DNA of 20,000 bases, taken from positions 45,282 through 65,281 of the forward strand of contig CALSCO010000133.1 of assembly GCA_943704415.1 (NCBI GenBank). Reading direction: 5' to 3'. This document shows positions 1 to 9,400 of this stretch, in pieces. Source of the stretch: Parvularia atlantis (lineage: Eukaryota). The notes under the pieces were generated by a model. The model was not told the DNA's origin. It ran no database searches and saw only the letters and a list, made by a program, of their open reading frames with translations. A program made the position numbers and the translations under genes. Positions within the stretch are counted from its first letter, which is position 1. The number at the start of each line of letters is the position of its first letter.

Positions 1-454
1 CGCCCGCAGCCGGCGCAGTTCGCCCTGCAGCGCCAGCCGCTCCTGCCGCCGAAGCTGTGTCAGTTGTGCGGACGACGAGCGCGGTGCACGTGGTGCACCC
101 GATCAAACTCGGCGCGCGCGTCGTCCAGCACAGGCGAGGCGCCGCCCACTCCCGCGACGCGCGGCTCTCGCCCGAGCTCGTCATTTTCGCGCTGCAGCCG
201 GTCGCGCTCGGCCTGCAGCTGCGTCACCAGCACGCCGAGCTGGTCGCGCTGGCCCTGCGCCTTGCGCAGCGCGGCCTTGGTCTCGCTCCACCCGTCCGAG
301 GCCTGCGCGAGCTGCTCCTCGAGCTGCCTGTTGCGCAGACGGAACGATCGGATCTCGTCCTGCAGCGTCTTGACCTCCTGCACGAGCCTGGCGCGCTCGT
401 CAGCGGCGCCCATCGAGCGCCATCGGGCGCGTCACGCACAGCTCGTGGTTCTCT

Positions 455-511
<57 letters not shown>

Positions 512-813
512 ATCGGTGCTGCGCGCGGCCGCACGACGGCGACAACAGCAACGGGGCTCGATGGCACGGCCGGCGGCGGCGGCAGCGGCGCGGCGACCGG
601 CGGCATCGGATGCGGCGCCGTGTCACCGTCGACGTGGCCGTTGCGGCCGTCGGGCGGCGAGCGTGGCGCGCGCGGCTGAGCGGCGGCAGCGTGCGGCGCG
701 CGATCGGGGCCGTCGTCGCCCGCCGCCAGCGACGCCGCGGTCTTGGCCGCGGTCTGGTCGACCTGCTCAAGGAACGCCTCGCCGCGGCGCGCGATTTCGC
801 TCAAGAAGTCCAT
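1..813 (-). CDS. Coiled-coil protein, golgin-84/GOLGA5-like (5' part; continues off the left edge)
   Basis: ATG at 813. N-terminus MDFLSEIARRGEAFLEQVDQTAAKTAASL resembles the golgin-84 N-terminal motif as I recall it (..LAGKAEDLLNRVDQ.AA). It is followed by a Pro-rich linker, polyQ and heptad-rich coiled coil (ENHELLVQEVKTLQDEIRSFRLRNRQLEEQL). GT-AG introns at 388-439 and 55-98 restore the frame. Confidence 0.6.
457..510 (-). repeat. (CAG)18 trinucleotide repeat encoding polyQ
   Basis: 18 perfect CTG units on the + strand, in frame within the golgin-like CDS. Confidence 0.95.
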
Positions 814-868
814 GAAACTAGGTACGTCACGATCATAATGCAAGGGAGAAGACTGACATACAAAGCAA

Positions 869-2158
869 CTAGCACGTCCACAGCTCGTTGATCCACTCTG
901 CGTGCGCAGGCGCGTGCGTGTCAGCCTGGGCCGGGCCATGCGCTCGCAGAGGGCGCGAGACGCACCCGGGTGGTCAATGAACGGATTGCGGTTGCCCTGG
1001 TAGTACCAGACAACCGTGTTGCGCGACTTCTCGAACGACGACACCTGCACGCGCACACCGCAGGGAATGTTATCAGAGCGCTGCAGACGCAGGTGCGGGC
1101 GCGGGCGCAGGCGCGGGCGCACCGGGTCCTCGTTGTGCCAGGCAAGCAGCGTGCACAGCAGGCCCAGGTGCGGCTCGCCCGACTCGGTCACGCGGTCGAG
1201 CAGCTCGAGGCCGTACGACGTGCTGCCGTAGCGGACCTCGAGGTAGAAGACCATGCGCGCGACGTCGCCGCGGTGGAACGCCGGCACGTCAAACGTCGTG
1301 CTCGTCTCATAGTTGACGACGTCGCAGCCGCCGCCCACCACCGCGCCGTACGGCAGCAGGCACACGGCCGTGCCACCCTCGGCAAAGTCTTTGTTGCTGC
1401 GCTTGTTGTTGACGCGCTTCTCGGCCGCACGCAGGTGGTGCGCGTCGCAGTACGGCAAGTCGCTCTCGTTCGGGAAGCCGTGGCTGCGACGCGGGCGCGG
1501 TTAGCGGTGCGGCTCCACCTGTGCTGCACCACACCTCTTCGGCCACACTGCACATGCGCACGCGTGCCGGGATGTCAGCGCAGCCAGCGAAAGCGCGTGC
1601 GAACGGCAGCGCACCGTGCTCGCGGTTCCAGCCCGTCGTGCTCGAGCCCGTGTCGCGCAGCGCCTGCAGCCGTCAGCTTTCGTAGAAATGCGTGCGTGTG
1701 CGCGTGCCTTGGGCCACGACTCGTCCGTGTACAGCAGGCGCACGTTGCTGCTGTTGGTCGGGTCCTGATCAGCGTCCTCGAGCACCGTCCAGATGCACGA
1801 GTACGACAGGTCAATGAACCCTTTTTCACACGCGCGTCACGCCGCCGCTCAGCCCCACCGTGCCCCGCCATACGTGCGCACGCCGCGCGCACCCTCTGCC
1901 GTAATCGCCTCGAGCGCGCGGCGCAGCTCGGTCTGGCTGCCGGCGGCCTGCGCGGCGCGGTAGAACGACGTGTCATCGAAGACCGGCAGCGGCGACGGCT
2001 TGGAGCAGGCCGAGCCGTTGACCTTCTGCTGCGCCGTGCACCGAAGGATGAGCGCGCCGTTCACGAGCGCGAAGGACGCGCACCGCCGGGACGTGCTGCG
2101 CCGCAGCGGCCGCCGCCAACGAGAGCAGCACGACGAGGCACGTGCCCAGGACCACCAT
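869..2158 (-). CDS. Secreted endonuclease I family nuclease (Bacillus Bsn/EndA-like), 8 exons
   Basis: Signal peptide MVVLGTCLVVLLSLAAAAAA. Spliced product has LSYSCIWTVLEDADQDPTNSSNVRLLYT, GWNREHVWPKSHG, CDAHHLRAAEKRVNNKRSNKDF, RGDVARMVFYLEVRY, LLAWHNEDPVSSFEKSRN and YQGNRNPFIDHPEWINELWTC*. Seven introns, including a GC-AG intron at 1664-1707. Stop TAG at 869-871. Confidence 0.9.
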
Positions 2159-2182
2159 GATTAGACACAACCGCCTCACATC
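2159..2182. promoter_or_regulatory. Putative 24-nt bidirectional core promoter (nuclease/START gene)
   Basis: Only space between the divergent ATGs at 2158 (-) and 2183 (+). Confidence 0.45.
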
Positions 2183-4208
2183 ATGGCCGCAGCTAGCGTG
2201 ACGCCGCCGGATCTGCTGTGGATCGCGCACCGCGACGTGCTCGCGCAGCGCGTGGCGGCCGTGCGCGCGCGGCGCGAGCAGCCGGGTGCGCAGCACGAGC
2301 ATGCCGATGCGGCCGTGACGCTCGTGCGCGATGCCAAGCGCATGCTCGCCGACTCCAAGACGTGGACGTTCGTCAAGTCGAGCAAGGCACGTGCTGCACG
2401 TTCCGTTCGTGTGACGTGACCCGACTCGCCGCCGTGGACGACGCAGGGTGTGAGCATCTACAAGGCCGCGGACCCGAGCGGCGGCGCGGCGATCCTGAGC
2501 AAGGGCGAGGGCGTGATTGAGGGCGTGCCGCCGGCGCAGGTGCTAGCGATCACGACCAACACGGGCACGCGCGCCATCTGGGATTCTCTGTTCGAGACCG
2601 GCCGGCTGGTCAAGAGCTTCGCGCCGGACGTGAACGTGGTGTGGGCGGCGATGAAGGTGCGCGCGCACGGCAGTTTGGGGCCGGCCGGAGAACGCTGACA
2701 GGGTGTCGATGCGTGATGACAGGGCGTCATGCTCGTCGCCTCCCGCGACCTTGCCGGCCTGTCAGTGACCGTGGTCGAGCCAGACGGCGTGATCATCAAC
2801 GCAGTCCGGTGCGCGACCCCGCAACAGCGCGAGGCGGGCGCACCCGACCGACGCGCGCGCAGGTCGATCGAGACGCCGCTTGTGCCGCCCGAGAGCGGCC
2901 GCGTGCGCATGCACGTCGGCATCGCGGCCTGGGTGCACGGCGCAGCGTGTGCGCACGCGCCCAGCTCACTCGTGAGTGTCGCAGATCCTTGAGCCGCTGG
3001 TCGGCAGCGACGGGCGGCCGGGCACGCGCGCGACGTACCTCGCTCAGACAGGTGAGACAGCCGCGCGGCACGGCGAGCAGAGCAGCTCACGCGCTGTCGC
3101 AGACCTCAAGGGCTGGATCCCATCGGGCATCACGGCGACGGTGGCCGAGATGACGCCGATGTGCGTCGAGAAGGTGACGAGCTACATCAGCAACCGCGGC
3201 GTGCCGCCGTACATGTCGGGCGTGTGCGGCCTGCTCAACGACGTCCGGTTTGCCGACGCCGAGTCGTCCTTCGCGCTCGTCTTCACCGGCAGCAAGTCGC
3301 CCGTGTGCGCGCCGCACACCGAGTTGCACGTGCCGCTGCGTCGCTACCCGAACGGCGTCGCGCTCGGTGTGACCCAGCCCGAGCTGTTTGCCGTGCGGGT
3401 CATGCGCACGGACCTGTACGGGCTCGCGACGGTGCACCTGCGCCTCGTTCCGCTCAGCGACAAGTTTGTCGGCGTGCAGGTCATCCTCTCGGTCAAGCCT
3501 GCTGCGAGCGCACCTGGCGCGGTCACGCTCAACGGCCAGCCGGCGACCGTCGAGCCGTACGTGGCGAGCGCCAGCGAAGGCGCCGCGCCCGAGACACCGC
3601 GCACGCCGACCGGCCTCGCCGTCGACGTCTCGCGCGCAGCTGCCGTGGCCGACGACGACGACGACGACGACGACGACGCTGAGCGGACGCCGCTGCGCGA
3701 CAGTGCGCTGCCTTGCTCACGTGCCCGTGATCGCTGACGGCCTGGTGCAGAGGAGATTGACAGCACGCTGGCCGCGGTCGGTATCAAGCCGGCCCTGCCC
3801 AACGCCAACGCGTCGGCGCACGTCGTCACCGCCGTCTCGCTGTCGCCGCGGCGGCCCGGCAGCAGCCTCGGCTCGCGCTCACCCCGGAAGCTGCGCAGCC
3901 CTGGCCTCAGCGTGGCCGTCTCGGTCGACGCGAGCCTCGCCCCAGCTGCTGCAGCGGCCGCTCCCGCATCGGCAGCCGCGCCGGCTCGCGCGTCGTCCGT
4001 GTCTGTGCAGGTCTCGCAGACGCACCGCCAGTTCAAGCAGCTCGGCGCGAGCATCGACCAGCTTCAGCAGCAGCTCGACCGCACCGCCGGCACCAAGGCC
4101 CCGCCCCGCGCCCGCGGCATCCTCGCGCGCCTCCCACCGAGCCGCCTCGCGCTGTTCGTGCTTGTCTTTGCGCTGCTGTTCCTGCTGCGCTGGCGCTGGC
4201 GCGCGTAG
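2183..4208 (+). CDS. START/SRPBCC lipid-binding domain protein with C-terminal coiled coil and tail transmembrane helix, 7 exons
   Basis: START-like motifs WTFVKSSK|GVSIYK, RAIWDSLFETGRLVKSF, K|GVMLVASRD, VPPESGRVRMHV, TRATYLAQTDLKGWIPS. Acidic linker. C-terminal LALFVLVFALLFLLRWRWRA*. Six introns, the first GC-AG (2387-2446). Confidence 0.8.
3651..3677 (+). repeat. (GAC)9 repeat encoding poly-Asp
   Basis: Nine GAC units in frame in the START gene. Confidence 0.9.
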
Positions 4209-4212
4209 CCCA

Positions 4213-4214
<2 letters not shown>

Positions 4215-4262
<48 letters not shown>
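4215..4262. repeat. (GT)24 microsatellite in the convergent intergenic region
   Basis: Perfect GT run starting 6 nt after the START-gene stop codon, followed by a CT-rich tract. Confidence 0.95.
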
Positions 4263-4265
<3 letters not shown>

Positions 4266-4326
4266 CCTGTCTCTCTCCCTCTCCTGTTGCCTGTCTACAC
4301 GCGTCCGGTCAGCGCGGGGTCAAATG

Positions 4327-4735
4327 TCACGGTTCCGTCGACGTGGCCTGCTCGACGTCCAGGTGCTCAACGTCGACGCGCACGATGTGCTTGCCCGGCA
4401 CAAGCACGAGGCCGACAAAGCGCTTGCGCTCTGCGCAGGGACGCACGCGCGTCAGCCGAGCCGCTCGTATGCAGCGCGCACGCACCGCGCAGCACCTCGG
4501 TCGTGCCCGCAAGGATCAGGTTGCGGTGCGCGTCCGTGCACATGAACGTGCCCGTGAGCTCGCGCCCGTCGCCGATCGTCACGCGCATGCGATGGCTGAG
4601 GTACCTGCGCCGCGCATCCGCGTCACCGAACCGCGCCCGAGCACGGCACGGCAGGCGGCAGCACCCGCGCAGCCGGCGCATCACGGGCGTGTCTCTTGCG
4701 GCCTCGTCAGCCTGGGCACTCTGTACATCACCCAT
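4327..4735 (-). CDS. NAA38: Sm-fold protein NAA38/LSMD1/Mak31 (NatC auxiliary subunit), 3 exons
   Basis: Spliced product ...RRLRGYLSHRMRVTIGDGRELTGTFMCTDAHRNLILAGTTEVLRERKRFVGLVLVPGKHIVRVDVE.... The F.CTD and GL..VPG.HIV motifs and the absence of a long RG/Pro tail favour NAA38 over SmB. Alternative start at 4681. Confidence 0.8.
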
Positions 4736-5697
4736 GGCATCTGATGACGTGCGTGGTCTATGCGCGCGCTCTTTCGCTCACTTGGGCGATCTGCGGCAGC
4801 TCGCACGCGTCGAGGGCAGCCTCGCGCGCGACGGCTTCGCGTTTCAGGCGCTCGGGCCGGAGCTGATGACGGCCGAGGCCTGGGATGACACGGCGCTGAT
4901 CCGCGCCTGGGACAACGCCGTGAAGCAGTACCAGGCAAGCACGACGCGCGCGCGATGCAGCTGCTGTCTGCTGGTTGACGTGGGGCCGGCGATGCAGCGG
5001 CACAACGGCTCCGGCAAGGGCAAGGCGCCGGCGCCGGCGCAGGCTCAGGCCGCTGCGAGCAGCAGCAGCAGCAGCAGCGCGTTTGGCCGATGGGCCGTCG
5101 GTGACGCGTGCTGGGCGCCGTGGTCGGGCGACGGCGCGCTGTACGCGGCGACGGTCAAGCGGCTGCACAGGAAGAGCGGCGCGGTGGTTGCGCAGGTCAC
5201 ATTCATCCAGTACGGCACGAGCGAGGACGTGCGCATCGACCTGCTGCAGGCCGGGCCGCCCGACGTGGCCGACAACGGCGACGATGCGGACCGCGCAGAT
5301 GCGGACGGCGAGCCGAGCGAGGACGCGGGCGAGGACAAGCTCGAGGAGGGAGAGGAGCCGCCGGGCGACGGGAGCGAGGCAGCGGCGCAGGACGAGGACG
5401 AGCCGACACCGAAGCGGCGCAAGACGTCGCCCGCAGCTGCGCCGGCCGCGCCCTTCCCCGAGCACGCCGCGCAGGTGTCGATGCCTCCGATGCCGTTGCC
5501 CGGTGCGCGCTGCGGCTGCGGCTCGGTGTGCTGTGCCTGACGCTGCGCCACACAGACGACGCCGACCTGGCGAACGTGGTCATGGCGTGGTACTTCAGCG
5601 GGTACTACACGGGGCTGTACCAGGTGCACAGCACGCGCTCGCACGCGCTCGCACATGCTGACCGCGACCGGGCGCGCAGGCAAAGCGGCGCGCTTAG
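4734..5697 (+). CDS. SMN1: Survival motor neuron protein (Gemin2-binding motif, Tudor domain, YG box), 5 exons
   Basis: WDDTALIRAWDNAVKQY (Gemin2-binding), WAVGDACWAPWSGDGALYAATV...VTFIQYGTSEDVRIDLL (Tudor), LANVVMAWYFSGYYTGLYQAKRRA* (YG box). Introns at 4749-4799, 4935-4997 (GC donor) and two more near the 3' end. Alternative start at 4866. Confidence 0.92.
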
Positions 5698-5726
5698 AGC
5701 TGATGATGTACACATGTATGCACGGG

Positions 5727-6380
5727 TCACAACTGGTCGTCGATCTCCTCGGCCTCCTGCTGGATCAGCGCCTCGAGGTCGGCCAGCTCCTGCTGCAGGT
5801 CGACCGAGGCTGCACGCTTATCAACAACAGACGCAGCAGCGGTTGAGCGAGCGCACCGCCTGCGACGGCCGCGCCGTGCAGCAGCTTGAGTTGGACGCGG
5901 CTGTGCGCGACGGCGGCGCGCTGGCACGACCGGATGGTGCCTGCGCAGCGGCGCTCAGCCTGGCGGCACGCGCGTGGCGGCGGCAGCGCGCACCGCCGAC
6001 GTGGATGACCGTGAGCATGCACGGCACGCCCGCGAGCGCCGTAATGAACGTGAGCGCGCCCCAGAGTATTCGGAACTGGTCGCGTGCGACGCGCACGATA
6101 AACAGGCCGGTCCTGCTGTTGACGTACTTGACTGGCGATGGTCTCAGCCACGCGCACATGCGACCAGATCTCGCGCACCGGAGAAGAGCTGCTGGATCGC
6201 GCCCGCGCCGTGGTCGCCAAAGTTGGCCTGCACCGCATCGCGCATGGCCTTGGCCATGATGGGCGCGCACAGCACCTCGGCAGCCCCGCCCGCGCCGGCC
6301 GCGCGCAGGCCGCCCTCGCCCGCCACCAGGCCCTCGCCGCGCACCTCGCCCAGCAGGTACCGCACCTTTAGCCGCACCAT
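5727..6380 (-). CDS. POP5: RNase P/MRP protein subunit POP5, 4 exons
   Basis: MVRLKVRYLL N-terminus, AMRDAVQANFGDHGAG, SVKYVNSRTGLFIVRVARDQFRILWGALTFIT, VIHVGGTIRSCQR. Three GT-AG introns. Confidence 0.9.
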
Positions 6381-6420
6381 CTCAACTGTGTGTACACAGG
6401 TTGCGCAACGAGCATCTTCC
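6381..6420. promoter_or_regulatory. Putative 40-nt bidirectional core promoter (POP5/LTN1)
   Basis: Only non-coding space between the two divergent ATGs. Less GC-rich than its flanks and contains two adjacent 10-bp palindromes. Confidence 0.5.
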
Positions 6421-9400
6421 ATGCGGCGCGCATCGGCTGCGTCCTCCGCGTGCGTCCCCGATCGCCTTCGCGGGCGCGCACTGTACTCACGGTCGCATCG
6501 GAGCAGCAAGGCCGCCGACCTGCTGAACCGCGAGGGCAGCGGGCTGGTCTCGTTTGCGAGCTTCGCCGCGTCATCGGCGTCAGCAGCGGCCGAAGACGTC
6601 GATGTGCGTGACACAGCGGCGGGCGCGACCCCGGTCGCCTCACGTGCGCGCACCGCAGGCCGCGCTCGATGCCGAGCTCGTGCTCGTCCTGCGCAAGCTG
6701 TCGAAGCGCGACGTGACAACCAAGATAAAGGCGCTCGACGAGCTCGCCGAGATGGTCCAGGCCAAGCCGGTCGACGACGTCGCGGCCGCACTCGGCAAGT
6801 GGGTGCGCCGCCGTGTCGCCGCGCGCGTGCAGGACGCACGCTCACACATCGGCGCCGCCAGAGCAAGGCCTACGCCAAGCTCGCGCTCGACAACGACCGG
6901 CGTGTGCGCGACGGCGCCCAGCGCGTGCTCGCGGCCGTCGTGGCGCGCGTGCAGCGCCGCATCGCGCCGCACCTCAAGACGCTCATGCCGTGGTGGTTGG
7001 CCATGCGCTTCGACCAGAGCCGCGACGTCGCCCGCAGTGCCGCCGCCGCGTTCGAGCAGGCCTTCCCGACCGCGCCGAAGGAGCGCGCGGCGCTGTTTCA
7101 TTGCGCCGACGACGTCCTGGCCACGCTCACCGATCTCGTCGTTGTCCAGACGCCCGACACGATCGGTGCGTGTGGCCGCCGCCGACTGCATGCCCGCTGA
7201 CGCACACGCGCGCCCAGGCGACAACAAGGTTCTCACGAAGGACGAGCTCGCGGCCGTCTACGAGCGCAGCGTCTCGGCCGCGCTGCAAGCCCTCGCGCAC
7301 TTTGCCAGTGCGTCGATGCTGCTGCGTGCCGCGCCGCTGATCCCGCGCCAGCCGTCACCGCCGAGCCCGCGCAGGCGCCCGAGTCGCCCGATCGCGGCGC
7401 CGCACTCCCGCCGCTCGCCCCTTCCGCGTGGCAGCAGCTGCTCGAGGCCAAGAAGCTGTGGACGCAGGCCAAGCACGCGTCGCCGACCGTGCGCCGCGCC
7501 TTCTACCGCCTGCTGTCGGCGCTCGCTCTTCGTGCGCCCGGTGCGCTTGTGCTGCGCCGATTGCTGCTGCTGCAGTCTTACCGGACGACGACGGCAGACG
7601 CGCTCGCGCCGCACCTCGAGACCGTGCACGGCGTGCTATTTTCGTTCGCCGAGCGCGACGGGCACGCGCTGGCATCGCTGTGGGAGGCGGTGACGGTCGT
7701 CAGCAGCGGTGTGCGACGTCCACACTCGGCGCCGTTGCGTTGACGTCGTGCTGCCGCAGCCCTCCCGGCCATCTGGACGGCTAAGGACCCGCGCAAGGCA
7801 CTCCTGCCGGCGTTCATGCAGTTCCTGCGCAACGGCTGCTTCGGCTCCGGGCGCACGTCGTACCCGTCGCTGCTCGTCGTCACGGCCGCGTTCCCCACCG
7901 ATGTCAGGGCGCACTGTCGCCGCGCGGTGCATGCTGACCGGCGTGCGCGCAGATCGTTGGCATATCGACGGCCGCGCTCTGGGAGCCCCTTCTGACGGCA
8001 CTCTGCGACGGCGCGGCGGCGGAGAGCTTCGGCTCGGCGGCCGAGCACGGCAAGGGGTTTGCGGACACCCTCGCCGAGCTGTGGACGCTGCTGTTGTCGT
8101 CGCGGTCCGGGTTGCCCACGTACGAGCACGGAAGCGTGCAGTACCTTGCTGAGATGGGGCGCAACAGTGCTGCGGTGCCGCTGGCCGAGCGCGTCGACCT
8201 CGCGCAACGCATCGCGCTGTGGACCGTCACGGCGTTGCTGGCAGAAGTGCGTGCCCGGCAACTGTGCGGGAGGGGGCGTGCAAGCTCACAGACGCGGCCC
8301 AGACGACCCGCGTGCAGACCGATCGCCTCGCGAGCGCCCTTGCGATGATGCTGACCCACGCCAGCAGCCGGCCCGAGCTCGCCGGTTGCGTGCTGCGGAC
8401 GAAGCCGTGCGGGCTCGTCGCACTCACGCACGCGCGCTTACAGGCATTGTTAAGGCTGTGGCGGAGGCCGTGGAGGCGCAGAGCATCGCCGTCGTGTCGG
8501 ACGAGCAGGCGTCTTCAGGGGCCGTAGCGCGCGTCGATGCGATGCTGGCGGTGCTGCGTGAGGGTGCCCTGGCGAGCGTCGTCGGCGTGCCACTGACCGT
8601 GCGCGTGATCGCGACCGTCGTCAGCGTGATTGTCCATCGACCCGGTGCGCTGCGTGCTCGACCGAGTGACACACTGACTCGCGTGCGCAGAGGTGCCTGT
8701 GACGGTCCGCCTGGGCAAGATGCAGTGCGCCCTGGGTGACGCGGCCGTTGCACGCGCGTGCCCGTGGGATGCCGTCAAGGCTCTCTTTGGCCGCGACGTC
8801 TGCGCGGCGGGCATCGCACGTTGGGACCTCATTGCGACGAGTGCGTCGCGTTGCGCATGTGAAGCGACGCAGACTGAGCAGTGCTGCGCGGCAGGCGTCT
8901 ACGCTGACGCGCTCGCTGCTGTGCTTCGCACGGTCAGCGTCAGCGCTGACGAGGCGCAGAGGGCCGTTGACGGCGTCCTGGCCGTCGTAATGGACGCTGC
9001 GGCGCCGCTGCACGCCAAGACGGTCGTGCTGCAGGGGGTGCGGGCGTCCAGCTGCGCACGCTTAGCGATCGAGGCTCACGTTTTGCGCGGGGCCGCAGAT
9101 GCAGAGCGTCGACGGCGCGAAGCTTGGCCTTGTGTGGCCGTCGCTCGATGCCGTTCTGGACCTGGTGTTTCACAGCCAGAGTGAGGAGGTCTCAGCCGTG
9201 GGGGAGTTCGCCGCGCTGTGCCTGGGCGCGCCAGCAGGTGGGGCTGCAGCCGTTTGTGTGGTCGCTGGCACTCACGCGCTCGGGACAGGCGCGCTCGGCG
9301 TGTCGGAGGCGGCCAAGCTGGTGACCATGCGCGAGCTGCTCGCCGGCGTTGAGGCGCTCGACGAGCTCGCAATTGACACGGTCGAGCGGCTCATGCACCG

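Noticed and set aside
400..1458. 352-aa ORF that looks like a nuclease-polyQ/golgin fusion
   Set aside because: Artefact of reading through intron 898-965. Splicing gives the family-typical end HPEWINELWTC* at 869, and golgin has its own ATG at 813.
4327..4735. SmB/SNRPB identity for the Sm-fold gene next to SMN
   Set aside because: Lacks the AFDKHMN motif and the RG/Pro tail; CTD and VPGKHIV match NAA38.
823..4750. TGACGT (CRE-like) sites near two start codons
   Set aside because: The hexamer also arises from intron branch sites elsewhere, so there is no evidence of enrichment.
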